A stretch of 64,000 nt of DNA from Collinsella aerofaciens. GTDB taxonomy: Bacteria; Actinomycetota; Coriobacteriia; Coriobacteriales; Coriobacteriaceae. The stretch is from the NCBI GenBank assembly GCA_905213325.1, contig CAJMHW010000004.1:2455-66454 (forward strand). The letters run 5' to 3'. Under the pieces are notes generated by a model. It was given only the letters and a program-made list of their open reading frames with translations, was not told the DNA's origin and searched no databases. This document shows, piece by piece, positions 24,159 through 34,022 of this stretch (position 1 is its first letter; each line of letters starts with the position of its first letter). The position numbers and the translations under genes are program-made.

Positions 24159-26471
24159 ATGGCTGGTAATCACTTTAAGGGCAGCGATAGCGGCCGCCCT
24201 GCAGTTCCGCCGCGTCCGAACGGGGCTGGTAAGGCCGGCACGCCGGGCGGCGCTGGACAGGGCGGTTCCGGTAAGCGCGTGTCCCCGGGCGAGACGGCGA
24301 TGTTTACCGCTCTGTACGAGCAGTCTCAAAAGGCAAAAAAGACCGGCCGTGCAAGAGGGAATGTCTTTGCGGGCGGTGCAACCTCCGCGTCGCAGCCGAG
24401 CGGGGCTCCTTCGGTGCCTGCGAACAACGCAGGTGCTGCCAACGCCGCGAATGCTGCCGGCAACGTTAATGCCGGCAAGGCCGCCAACAATACTCCCTCT
24501 GCTGGTGGCGCGGGGCTTACGGGTAACCTTGGCACGATTTACACCGGCGCCTCCGAGACTGGCACGTTCGCCCGCCTGGATGATAGCGGTGCCGAGTTTG
24601 CGGGCTCGGGTTCCAAGGAAGATTATTACGATTTTGGCTTGAACTACGGTAGCGACGCTTCGTCGAGTTCGACCTCTGACGGTCTGGTCCGTCATCGCCA
24701 TCGCAAGGGCGAGCGCAAAAAGCGTCACACCGGCGCCATTATTGCCGCTGTAGTCGCGGTGCTTCTCGTTGCGCTTGGCGCAAGCGGCTTTATGCTGCTT
24801 AACTCGGCAAAGACCGTAAAGAGCGAAGCGAAGGAGGCTGTCGAGATCGTCGGTGGCCTTAAGGACAAGGTCACGTCGGGCGATTTTTCGACGCTGCCTG
24901 ACGACGCGAAGAAGATCGATGAGCTCTGCAACAGCATGAAGGCGGAGACCTCGAGCCCGCTGTGGACGGCGGCATCGTTTATCCCGGTGTATGGCAGTGA
25001 CATCAATGCGGCCCGCACCATGATTGATGCCCTGTCCGATGTCTCGAGCAACGCGCTGGTTCCCATGGCCGACAACCTTTCGCAGGCCACGCCCGGCAAG
25101 CTGTTCCAGGACGGCATGATTAACGTGTCCGCGCTGCAGGCGGTCGCCGATTCGCTTTCCAGCAGCTCGAAGGTGTTCAAGAGCGCCAACGAGAAGGTCC
25201 AGGGCATTGGCGATACTCATATTTCCCAGGTGACCGAGCTGGTCGATAAGGCCAAGGACGGCTTTGCCACCCTCAACGGCGCGGTTGACGCGGCGGAGAA
25301 GGTCGCCCCCGTCCTTCCCCAGATGCTCGGCGCCAACGGCCAGACGCGCAACTATCTTATGTACGCCATGAACAACGTCGAGATTCGTGCCTGCGGCGGC
25401 TTTGGCGGTTCGCAGGGCCTGATTTCGGTCACCGACGGCCAGATGTCGATTGGCGAGTTTGTTCCCCGCATTGGACTCAGTGAGGATGAGGCAGTCGAGA
25501 GCGTCGACGAAGAGGATGAGGCGCTGTTCGGCAACCACAGCAACCTGTACAACTCGGGCAATACCTATTCGCCTGATTGGCCCCGCAACTCGCAGCGTGT
25601 CGCCGCGCTGTGGAAGTCCCAGTATGGACAGGACGTTGATGGCGTCATCGGTATCGACCCGGTGTTCCTGCAGTATCTGCTGGGCCTGGTCGGTAATGTC
25701 TCGCTGCCCGACGGAACGGTTGTCGACGGCACCAACGCCGCAAAGGTCCTCATGCACGATGTGTACTGGAACTATCCGGTCGAGGAGTCGGACGGCATCT
25801 TTGCATCCGTCGCCAGCGCTGCCTTCGACAAGATCCTTGGCGGTATCGGCGATGTCGATGTTACGAAGCTTGTCAGCGCCGTTGAGCGCGGTGCCGAAGA
25901 GGGCCGCCTGATCGCGTGGATGAGAAACGATGATGAGCAGAATGCCATCAAAGAGACGGGTATTGACGCTTCGCTGCCCGATCCGGATGACCCGAGTGCC
26001 GATCCTGTTGCCGGCGTTTACTTTAACAACCTGAGCTTCTCCAAGCTCGACTGGTACCTGAACGCCGATACGCAGATTGGCCAGGGCATCAAGAACGGTG
26101 ACGGCACGTGCTCCTATCGCATCACCGTTACCCTGACGAACATCATGACGCAGGAGGAGGCTGGCAAGCTGCCCGACTACGTTGCGGCGAGCGCACCCGA
26201 TGCCGCGCGTGACGACGAGCGTCTGAATGTCTCGTTGTTTGCCCCGACGGGCGGCAACATTACTGATCTGACCGTCGGGGGCACCCAGTTTGGTCTTGGC
26301 GCCGCTACGTGGCATGGAATCCCCTTCTATTCGGGCACCGTTGACCTGCATGCTGGCGAGATGACGACGATCACGTATACGCTGACCACGTCGGCCGAGG
26401 CGGGGGACAAGCCGCTTACGCTGCGTCAGACTCCTACATGCCAGGCGGCTCGCGACAGCGCGTCGGCGTAG
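24159..26471 (+). CDS. DUF4012-domain membrane-anchored protein
   Basis: Low-complexity Ala/Asn/Gly N-terminus, one TM segment, then NYLMYAMNNVEIRACGGFGGSQGLISV, which is typical of DUF4012. Confidence 0.65.
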   Translation: MAGNHFKGSDSGRPAVPPRPNGAGKAGTPGGAGQGGSGKRVSPGETAMFTALYEQSQKAKKTGRARGNVFAGGATSASQPSGAPSVPANNAGAANAANAAGNVNAGKAANNTPSAGGAGLTGNLGTIYTGASETGTFARLDDSGAEFAGSGSKEDYYDFGLNYGSDASSSSTSDGLVRHRHRKGERKKRHTGAIIAAVVAVLLVALGASGFMLLNSAKTVKSEAKEAVEIVGGLKDKVTSGDFSTLPDDAKKIDELCNSMKAETSSPLWTAASFIPVYGSDINAARTMIDALSDVSSNALVPMADNLSQATPGKLFQDGMINVSALQAVADSLSSSSKVFKSANEKVQGIGDTHISQVTELVDKAKDGFATLNGAVDAAEKVAPVLPQMLGANGQTRNYLMYAMNNVEIRACGGFGGSQGLISVTDGQMSIGEFVPRIGLSEDEAVESVDEEDEALFGNHSNLYNSGNTYSPDWPRNSQRVAALWKSQYGQDVDGVIGIDPVFLQYLLGLVGNVSLPDGTVVDGTNAAKVLMHDVYWNYPVEESDGIFASVASAAFDKILGGIGDVDVTKLVSAVERGAEEGRLIAWMRNDDEQNAIKETGIDASLPDPDDPSADPVAGVYFNNLSFSKLDWYLNADTQIGQGIKNGDGTCSYRITVTLTNIMTQEEAGKLPDYVAASAPDAARDDERLNVSLFAPTGGNITDLTVGGTQFGLGAATWHGIPFYSGTVDLHAGEMTTITYTLTTSAEAGDKPLTLRQTPTCQAARDSASA

Positions 26472-26508
26472 GGTTTTTCTGGTAGCGCAGATAATCGAGT
26501 ACCATTTT

Positions 26509-26541
26509 GGGGCGGACAGGCAATCTGTTCGCCCCTATTTT
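26509..26541 (+). terminator. Rho-independent terminator after DUF4012 gene
   Basis: GGGGCGGACAG/CTGTTCGCCCC stem followed by TATTTT. Confidence 0.65.
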
Positions 26542-26554
26542 GTAAGGAGAGCGC

Positions 26555-27886
26555 ATGAAGTACTTTGGCACCGACGGCTTTCGCGGTGAGGCCAACGTTG
26601 GGCTGACGGTAGAGCACGCTTATAAGATTGGCCGTTTTGTGGGCTGGTATTACGGCGCCAACCGCGAGCGCAAGGCACGCGTGATCGTGGGCAAGGACAC
26701 GCGTCGCTCGAGTTATATGTTCGAGGCGGCGCTGGTGAGCGGCCTGGTCGCGAGCGGTGCGGACGCCTATATGCTGCATGTGATCCCCACGCCGGGCGTG
26801 GCACATCAGACCGTGGAGGGCTGCTTCGATTGCGGCATCATGATCAGTGCGAGCCACAACCCGTTTTGCGATAACGGCATTAAGCTCGTCAACAGCGACG
26901 GCTTTAAGATGGACGAGGACGTGCTGGAGCTCATCGAGGACTACATCGATGGCAAGAGCGAGGTGCCGCTGGCCACGGGCAACCACATCGGCGCCACGGT
27001 GGACTACATGCAGGGCCGCAACCGCTACATTGCTTCGCTCATCGCCAGCGCGAACTTTTCGCTGCAGGGCGTCAAGATCGGTATCGACTGCGCCAACGGC
27101 TCGGCTTCCTCGGTGGCCAAGCCGGTGTTCGACGCGCTGGGCGCTGACGTGCGCGTGATCAACGCCGCGCCCGATGGTTTTAACATCAACGTCGACTGCG
27201 GCTCCACGCATATGGAGCGTCTGCAGCGCCATGTGGTGGAGCAGGGCCTGGACGTGGGTTTTGCCTACGACGGCGATGCCGACCGCTGCCTGGCCGTGGA
27301 TGAGCGCGGTCGCGTGGTAGACGGCGACCAGATCCTGTACGTGTGCGGCGTGTATCTGAACAAGCACGGGCGACTCTCGGGCGGTACCGTGGTGCCGACG
27401 ATCGCCAGCAACTTTGGCCTGATCAAGTCGTTGGAGCTTGCCGGCCTGAGTGCCGTGACCAGCGGCGTGGGCGACCGTCACGTGTATGCCAAGATGCGCG
27501 AGGGCGGCTACAGCCTGGGCGGCGAGCAGACGGGCCATACGATCTTTGGCGATATCGAGCGCACGGGCGACGGCATTATGACCTCGCTGCGCGTGATGGA
27601 AGTGATTCGTGCCGAGCGCGAGACGCTCTCGCAGCTCACGGCTCCGTGCAGGCTGCTGCCGCAGGCGCAGGTGGCCGTGCACGTGGCGGACAAGGACGCC
27701 GCGCTCGAGAACATGGGCGTGCAGAACGCCATCGCCGAGGCCGAGGTTGCGCTGGCGGGCGAGGGCCGCGTGCTCGTGCGCAAGAGCGGAACCGAGTCGG
27801 TTATCCGCGTGCTGGCCGAGGCGCCCGACCAAGCATCTGCCGATGCCGCCATGAAGCGCATCGCCGCCGCGCTGGAAGCTCTGTAA
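26555..27886 (+). CDS. glmM: Phosphoglucosamine mutase
   Basis: MKYFGTDGFRGEAN.. and the active-site motif SASHNP. 443 aa. Confidence 0.9.
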   Translation: MKYFGTDGFRGEANVGLTVEHAYKIGRFVGWYYGANRERKARVIVGKDTRRSSYMFEAALVSGLVASGADAYMLHVIPTPGVAHQTVEGCFDCGIMISASHNPFCDNGIKLVNSDGFKMDEDVLELIEDYIDGKSEVPLATGNHIGATVDYMQGRNRYIASLIASANFSLQGVKIGIDCANGSASSVAKPVFDALGADVRVINAAPDGFNINVDCGSTHMERLQRHVVEQGLDVGFAYDGDADRCLAVDERGRVVDGDQILYVCGVYLNKHGRLSGGTVVPTIASNFGLIKSLELAGLSAVTSGVGDRHVYAKMREGGYSLGGEQTGHTIFGDIERTGDGIMTSLRVMEVIRAERETLSQLTAPCRLLPQAQVAVHVADKDAALENMGVQNAIAEAEVALAGEGRVLVRKSGTESVIRVLAEAPDQASADAAMKRIAAALEAL

Positions 27887-27922
27887 GGTAGTCATTGGGG
27901 ACGTTCTTAAACAACTAGGTGG

Positions 27923-27962
27923 AAAGGGGGCGCCGCGGATTGGTTCCGCGGCGTCCCCTTTG
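27923..27962. terminator. Bidirectional hairpin between convergent glmM and the M32 peptidase gene
   Basis: AAGGGGGCGCCGCGGA..TCCGCGGCGTCCCCTT. Confidence 0.65.
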
Positions 27963-27983
27963 CGTTGGCGTGTCGGTTATGCC

Positions 27984-29558
27984 TTACAGCTCGTAGAGCG
28001 TGGTGAACTTGTCCTGCAGGTAGCTGCAGTAGTAGCGGGCATCGAACGCCATGCCGCAGGCGCCCTTGATGAGCTCCGGCGCGTCCTTGGCGCGTCCCCA
28101 CTGCCAAATGTGCTCGCCGAGCCAGGCGCGGACGGGTGTCAGGTCGCCGCTCGCACAGGCGCCGGTAAGGTCGACACCGTCGCGGCACATGGCCGGCACA
28201 AACATGGCATCGTAGGCGCTGCCCAGCGCGTAGGTGGGGAAGTAGCCAAACGAGCCGCCGCTCCAGTGCGTATCCTGCAGGCAACCACGCGTGTCGTCGG
28301 GAACGGGGATGCCCAGGTACTCGTTCATAAAGCGATTCCAAAGCGCGGGGATATCCTTGGCTGTGGCCTCGCCGGCAAACAGCATGCGCTCGATCTCGTA
28401 GCGCACCATAACGTGCAGCGGATAGGTGAGCTCGTCGGCCTCGGTGCGGATCAACGACGGCTGCGCGATGTTCACGGCGCGGTAGAGCGTGTCCTCGTCG
28501 ACGTCGCCGTAGACCTCGGGCGCGTGGCGGCGCAGCACCTCGAGCAGCGGTCCCATAAAGGCGCGGCTGCGACCCACGGTGTTCTCGAAAAAGCGGCTCT
28601 GGCTCTCGTGGATGCCCATGGAGGTGCCGCCCTCAAGACAGGTGCGCGCATAGGCGGGATTGACGCCCAGCTCGTACATGGCATGTCCTGCCTCGTGGAT
28701 GATGCTGTAGACGTTGGAGATGCAATCGTTCTCGTAGATGTGTGTCGCGATGCGCGCGTCACCCACGGCAAAGCCCTCGCTAAACGGGTGTTCGGTAAAG
28801 GCAAGCGTGGTGTCGTTCAGGTTCAGGCCGACGAGCTTCATAAGGTCGAAGCTCATGGCGCGCTGGGCGGCCTCGGGCACGCGGGCGTGCAAAAAGTCGG
28901 CAGCGGGCTGCTGGCCGCGCTCGCCGATGGCGTGCACGAGCGGCACGACCGTCGCCTTGACCTCATCGCAAAACGCATCGAAGCTCTCGGCAGAAAGGCC
29001 GCGCTCGTACTGGTCGAGCCAAACGTCGTATGGGTCGCGCTTGGGGTCCATGAGCTCGGCCTGATGCTTGAGCTGGCTGACGATTTTGTCCACATAGGGC
29101 TCAAAGCTCGCCCAGTCGTTGGCCGCTTTGGCCTTGTGCCACACGGCGTCGGCCTCGCAGGTGAGCCTGGTCCAGGCCTCGGCCTCCTCGGTGGGGATGA
29201 CGCTTGCCTCGCGCTGGTCGCGGCCGAGCACGCGAATCTCGTCAAGCAGCTGCGGGTCGTCGATCTTTCCGCCGGTGACGGTCTCGCGTGCCAGCGAACG
29301 TACAAGTTCGACAGACTTTTCGCTGGTCAGGAGCTTATGGTGCTCGCCGGCAAGGGTGCCCATGGCGTCGGCACGGGCGGCGGCACCGTTGGCGGGAGCA
29401 ATGGTCGCGCCGTCAAACTCGGCAATCTTGAGCAGGTACTCGCGGGTCCACAGCTTGCCCTCGAGCTTGCGGAATTTTTTGACGGCCTTATCGACCTTCA
29501 TGCCTTTGGGCGTCTTGCCCGCTGCGGGCTTGGCCTTCTTATCGTACTTCTTTCCCAT
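27984..29558 (-). CDS. M32-family carboxypeptidase (Taq-like)
   Basis: HEAGHAMYE (HExxH), an HPF motif (TEHPFSEGF) and IRTEADELTYPLH. Confidence 0.85.
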   Translation of the reverse strand: MGKKYDKKAKPAAGKTPKGMKVDKAVKKFRKLEGKLWTREYLLKIAEFDGATIAPANGAAARADAMGTLAGEHHKLLTSEKSVELVRSLARETVTGGKIDDPQLLDEIRVLGRDQREASVIPTEEAEAWTRLTCEADAVWHKAKAANDWASFEPYVDKIVSQLKHQAELMDPKRDPYDVWLDQYERGLSAESFDAFCDEVKATVVPLVHAIGERGQQPAADFLHARVPEAAQRAMSFDLMKLVGLNLNDTTLAFTEHPFSEGFAVGDARIATHIYENDCISNVYSIIHEAGHAMYELGVNPAYARTCLEGGTSMGIHESQSRFFENTVGRSRAFMGPLLEVLRRHAPEVYGDVDEDTLYRAVNIAQPSLIRTEADELTYPLHVMVRYEIERMLFAGEATAKDIPALWNRFMNEYLGIPVPDDTRGCLQDTHWSGGSFGYFPTYALGSAYDAMFVPAMCRDGVDLTGACASGDLTPVRAWLGEHIWQWGRAKDAPELIKGACGMAFDARYYCSYLQDKFTTLYEL

Positions 29559-29699
29559 ACCATATCCTTAATCTCGCAGGCCGAGCGCCGCAGGCGGGTG
29601 CACGGCCAGTTTGCACAGCTACTTGCCTTGTACCCAGCGCGAACAAAACGGAACGCGGCGATGCGCTCGCGAAATGTGTTATCCTATAGCCCAATGCGT

Positions 29700-29976
29700 T
29701 GACGGAGAGGGTTTTGCCCGCCGCGTCGCCGGCGAGAGAGGGAAGGTCATGGGCTGCAAGCCTTCCTGCGGTGGCAAGGGCCAAGCGTTCACTCCCGAGC
29801 AGCGACCTCAACGGGCGCGCGGCCAGTGGCAGCAAAGCCCCAGTAGGGAAGCCGTGAGCCTCGCGACAAGAGGCGCAGAGTGGGCACGGCGGGCCAGACA
29901 TCCGCCGGGTCAAACAAGGTGGTACCGCGGAATTCAACCGTCCTTGGGCAATGCACATGCCCGAGGGCGGTTTTTT
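29700..29976 (+). promoter_or_regulatory. T-box leader (Phe) with intrinsic terminator upstream of pheST
   Basis: Conserved T-box AACAAGGTGGTACCGCGG at 29913-29930. Terminator CCGTCCTTGGGCA..TGCCCGAGGGCGG plus TTTTTT at 29938-29976. AGAGA-type and AGTA motifs lie upstream, and a TTC-A candidate specifier is at 29788-29791. Confidence 0.7.
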
Positions 29977-30062
29977 GTTACCGAACCGGGCCGCGTTTTC
30001 GCAGTGCCAGACGGCGACAGTCGTCCCGGCAGGCGGAAAGCGCGAGAGACGAAAGGGAAGAC

Positions 30063-31139
30063 ATGAGTCTGATTGATGATCTGGTCAAACTCGAGGAAGA
30101 GGCCAAGGAGCTCGTCGCCGGTGCCGACGACGCCGCCAAGCTCGAGGCCGCGCGCGTTGAGCTGCTCGGCCGCAAGGGCCGCATCACCGGCCTGATGCGC
30201 ATGATGGGCAAGCTCGCCCCCGAGGATCGTCCCATGATGGGCAAACGCGCCAACGAGATGCGCCAGCTGATCGAGGGCATGCTCGACGAGCGCACCACCG
30301 AGATGAAGGCCGCCGCCCTCAAGCACGCACTCGAGCACGAGGCCGTCGACATCACGCTGCCGGGTATCCGTCCGCAGATCGGTCACCAGCACCTGATCAA
30401 GCAGATCATCGAGGAGGCCGAGGACATCTTCTGCGGCATCGGCTACACCGTCGAGTCCGGCCCCATGGTCGATACCTCCTACTACAACTTCACCGCGCTC
30501 AACGCGCCCATGGATCACCCGAGCCGCTCGGCTCGCGACACGTTCTATGTGGTCGACAACAACCCCGGCAGCGTTGCGCATCCCGAGGCTCACGCTCACG
30601 GCGAGTCCGACGTGCTGCTGCGCACCCAGACCTCGGGCGTGCAGATCCACACCATGGAGTCGCAAAAGCCGCCCATCTACATGATCTGCCCGGGCACCGT
30701 CTATCGTCCCGACACGGCCGACGCCTGCCACCTGCCGCAGTTCAACCAGATCGAAGGCCTGGTCGTCGACGAGGGTATCACCTTTGGCGATCTTAAGGGC
30801 ACGCTCGACTACTTTGTTAAGTGCATGTTTGGTGAGGATCGCAAGACGCGCTATCGCCCGCACTTCTTCCCCTTCACCGAGCCTTCCTGCGAGGTGGACG
30901 TGAGCTGCCACGTGTGCGGCGGCAAGGGCTGCAACTTCTGCAAGCACAGCGGCTGGATCGAGATTCTGGGCTGCGGCATGGTCGACCCCAACGTCCTGAT
31001 CAACTGTGGCATCGACCCCGAGAAGTACACCGGCTTCGCCTTTGGTATTGGCGCCGAGCGCGTCGCGGCACTGCGCTACGACCTGCCCGACCTCAGAACT
31101 CTCATGACGGGTGATATGCGCTTCTTGAATCAGTTCTAG
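30063..31139 (+). CDS. pheS: Phenylalanine--tRNA ligase alpha subunit
   Basis: MSLIDDLVKLEEEAK.. with class II motifs (FRPHFFPFTEPS, GFAFGIGAERVA). Confidence 0.95.
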   Translation: MSLIDDLVKLEEEAKELVAGADDAAKLEAARVELLGRKGRITGLMRMMGKLAPEDRPMMGKRANEMRQLIEGMLDERTTEMKAAALKHALEHEAVDITLPGIRPQIGHQHLIKQIIEEAEDIFCGIGYTVESGPMVDTSYYNFTALNAPMDHPSRSARDTFYVVDNNPGSVAHPEAHAHGESDVLLRTQTSGVQIHTMESQKPPIYMICPGTVYRPDTADACHLPQFNQIEGLVVDEGITFGDLKGTLDYFVKCMFGEDRKTRYRPHFFPFTEPSCEVDVSCHVCGGKGCNFCKHSGWIEILGCGMVDPNVLINCGIDPEKYTGFAFGIGAERVAALRYDLPDLRTLMTGDMRFLNQF

Positions 31140-31323
31140 GCTGCGGCTTGCCCAAGCACGACACCTCGGCGCTCATTCGTCGCTTGCGTACCAAAGTACG
31201 CGGCGCTCCTCTTTCGGGCCGATCTGCCGCACTTGGACAACCCTCGCTTTGTAAGGAATGTTCACAAAGTTGAAGTTTCCACCTGCATCTCTTCGCAGGC
31301 TTTCAGTATGAAAGGAGAGCTAG

Positions 31324-33777
31324 ATGCGTGTTTCTTACGACTGGCTCAAGACCATGATCGATATTCCGGAGGATCCCAAGACCCTTTCGGACGAATATAT
31401 CCGTACCGGCACCGAGGTCGAGGCGATCGACACCGTGGGCGAGTCCTTCGACCACGTGGTGACCGCCAAGGTGCTCACCAAGATCCCGCACCCCGATAGC
31501 GACCACATGTATGTGTGCTCGGTCGACGTGGGCGACAAGAATCTCGACGCCGACGGCAATCCCGCTCCGCTGCAGATCGTCTGCGGCGCGCAGAACTTCG
31601 AGGCCGGCGACCACATCGTCACGGCCATGATTGGCGCCGTGCTTCCCGGCGACGTCAAGATCAAGAAGAGCAAGCTTCGCGGCGTCGTGTCCATGGGCAT
31701 GAACTGCTCCGCGCGCGAGCTCGGCCTGGGTGGCGACCACTCCGGCATTATGATCCTGCCCGAGGATACGCCCTGCGGCATGCCGTTTGCCGAGTACGTG
31801 GGCTCGAGCGACACCGTGCTCGACTGTGAGATCACGCCCAACCGTCCCGACTGCCTGTCCATGATCGGCATGGCCCGCGAGACCGGCGCCATCTTCGACC
31901 GCGATTTCCACGTTGAGCTGCCCGCCATCAAGGTCGAGACCGGCCGCGCGACCGACGACGAGCTTTCCGTCGAGATCGCCGACGAGGGCCTGTGCGACCG
32001 CTACGTTGCCCGCATCGTGCGCAACGTCAAGGTCGGCCCGTCGCCAGACTGGATGGTCAAGCGCCTCAACGCCCTAGGCGTGCGCCCGCACAACAACATC
32101 GTCGACATCACCAACTACGTGATGATGCTCACCGGTCAGCCGCTGCACGCCTTTGACCTGGACACCTTTGCCGAGCGCGATGGCCACCGTCGTGTGGTGG
32201 TTCGTGCCGCCCAGCAGGACGAGAAGTTCACGACGCTCGACGGCGAGGAGCGCGTGCTCGACGCCGGCATGGGCCTCATCACCGACGGCGAGCGCCCCGT
32301 GGCGTTGGCCGGCGTTATGGGTGGCATGGATTCCGAGATCGAGGACGATACCGTTGACGTGATGGTCGAGAGCGCCTGCTTCAACGCCGGCCGCACCTCG
32401 CACACCAGCCGCGACCTTTCGCTGATCTCCGACGCCTCCATTCGCTTTGAGCGCCAGGTTGACGAGACCGGCTGCGTGGATGTTGCCAACGTTACCTGCG
32501 CGCTGATTGAGGAGATCGCCGGCGGCGAGGTCGCTCCCGGCTATGTGGACGTGTTCCCCGCGCCCAAGACCATCGACAGCATTAAGCTGCGCCTGGCCCG
32601 CGTGCACGCCATCTGCGGTGCCGACATCGAGCCCGACTTTATCGAGCGCTCGCTCACCCGCCTGGGCTGCACCGTCGAGCGCGACGGCGAGGACTTTATG
32701 GTCACGCCGCCGAGCTTCCGTCCCGACCTGCCGCGTGAGATCGACCTGATCGAGGAGGTTCTGCGCCTGTGGGGCATGGGTCGCGTCACGGCGACCATTC
32801 CGGCTGCCAAGAACCACATCGGCGGCCTGACTCGCGAGCAGAAGCTCACCCGCAAGGTCGGCGAGATCCTGCGCGCCTGCGGCCTCAACGAGACCACGAC
32901 CTTTGGCTTTGCCGCTCCGGGCGACCTGGAGAAGATCGGCATGTCCACCGAGGGCCGCGGCTGCCCCGTGGTGCTCATGAACCCGCTGGTGGCCGAGCAG
33001 ACCGAGATGCGCCGCTCGCTGCTGCCGGGTCTGCTGCAGTCCGTTGCCTATAACGAGGCGCACGGTACGCCCAACGTACACCTGTACGAGGTCGGCAGCC
33101 TGTTCCATGGCCGCGAGAACGCCAGCCTGCCCAAGGAGACCAAGTCCGTCGCGGGCGTGCTCTCGGGCCAGTGGAGCGAGCAGTCTTGGAGCATGAAGTA
33201 CCGCAAGCTGCGTTTCTTCTTTGGCAAGGGCATCGTCGAGGAGCTGCTCGCCCAGCTGCGCATCGAGAAGGTTCGCTTCCGTCCCGTCGAGGGCGAGGGC
33301 TATGCCTTCCTGCAGCCGGGTCGTGCTGCCGAGGTCCTGTCCGGCGGCACCGTGCTGGGTTGGGTCGGCGAGATCCACCCCGAGGCGCGCGAGGCTATGG
33401 GCATTGACGAGGTCGTCGTCGCCTTTGAGCTCGACTTGGATAAGCTGATCAAGGGCGCCCGCAACCAGGAGAACTACCGTGAGTTCTCGCAGTACCCGGC
33501 CGTTGAGCACGACCTCGCTATCGTGGTTGACAACACTGTGACCTGCGAGGATCTTGAGCGTCGTATTACGAGTGCCGGCGGCAAGCTGCTCGAGGGCGTG
33601 CGCCTGTTCGATGTCTACCGCGATCCGGTCCGCATCGGCAAGGGCAAGAAATCCATGGCCTTTGCGCTTACGTATCGCTCCGACGACCACACGCTCACCA
33701 GCGAAGAGGTCGAAAAGGCGCACCAGAAGATCGTCACCAAGGTGTGCAAGGGCGTAAACGGCGAGGTCCGCGGCTAG
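31324..33777 (+). CDS. pheT: Phenylalanine--tRNA ligase beta subunit
   Basis: MRVSYDWLK.. is the canonical PheT N-terminus. 817 aa. Confidence 0.95.
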   Translation: MRVSYDWLKTMIDIPEDPKTLSDEYIRTGTEVEAIDTVGESFDHVVTAKVLTKIPHPDSDHMYVCSVDVGDKNLDADGNPAPLQIVCGAQNFEAGDHIVTAMIGAVLPGDVKIKKSKLRGVVSMGMNCSARELGLGGDHSGIMILPEDTPCGMPFAEYVGSSDTVLDCEITPNRPDCLSMIGMARETGAIFDRDFHVELPAIKVETGRATDDELSVEIADEGLCDRYVARIVRNVKVGPSPDWMVKRLNALGVRPHNNIVDITNYVMMLTGQPLHAFDLDTFAERDGHRRVVVRAAQQDEKFTTLDGEERVLDAGMGLITDGERPVALAGVMGGMDSEIEDDTVDVMVESACFNAGRTSHTSRDLSLISDASIRFERQVDETGCVDVANVTCALIEEIAGGEVAPGYVDVFPAPKTIDSIKLRLARVHAICGADIEPDFIERSLTRLGCTVERDGEDFMVTPPSFRPDLPREIDLIEEVLRLWGMGRVTATIPAAKNHIGGLTREQKLTRKVGEILRACGLNETTTFGFAAPGDLEKIGMSTEGRGCPVVLMNPLVAEQTEMRRSLLPGLLQSVAYNEAHGTPNVHLYEVGSLFHGRENASLPKETKSVAGVLSGQWSEQSWSMKYRKLRFFFGKGIVEELLAQLRIEKVRFRPVEGEGYAFLQPGRAAEVLSGGTVLGWVGEIHPEAREAMGIDEVVVAFELDLDKLIKGARNQENYREFSQYPAVEHDLAIVVDNTVTCEDLERRITSAGGKLLEGVRLFDVYRDPVRIGKGKKSMAFALTYRSDDHTLTSEEVEKAHQKIVTKVCKGVNGEVRG

Positions 33778-33885
33778 GTCCTGCGCCGGATATAGACCAG
33801 CGTCGGCTGCCGCCGAGTCTTACGTGACTGCTGTTTTCGGTATAAGGCACCGTTGAGCCTTCATATATGACACGCGCATTACATA

Positions 33886-33920
33886 ACGGCGTGCTGCTTT
33901 GTCGGCAGTGCGCCGTTTTG
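33886..33920 (+). terminator. Rho-independent terminator after pheT
   Basis: ACGGCGTGCTGC/GCAGTGCGCCGT stem (two G-U pairs) followed by TTTT. Confidence 0.6.
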
Positions 33921-33937
33921 CTATGATAGCCCGCGGC

Positions 33938-33965
33938 GTGTTACGAATCTGACAATGCGTAACAC
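33938..33965. promoter_or_regulatory. Inverted repeat GTGTTACG-N12-CGTAACAC downstream of a TGcTATGAT extended -10; candidate operator of cbiMQO
   Basis: Perfect 8-bp arms. The -10-like TATGAT is at about 33922-33927. Confidence 0.3.
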
Positions 33966-34022
33966 TGACAAGGTGATTCAAGCGGCGTTGCAATTCTGTG
34001 CGTCGATAACCGGGAGGCGTAT

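Noticed and set aside
31140-31323. 183-nt pheS-pheT spacer as a possible regulatory RNA.
   Set aside because: I could not see a conserved motif, a strong hairpin or a terminator. It may simply be a long intercistronic spacer.
33778-34022. Cobalamin riboswitch upstream of cbiM.
   Set aside because: No B12-box (GCCACTG-like core) or the usual conserved stems were seen by eye. The region is better explained by the pheT terminator plus a promoter and palindrome. A covariance-model scan is still needed to be sure.
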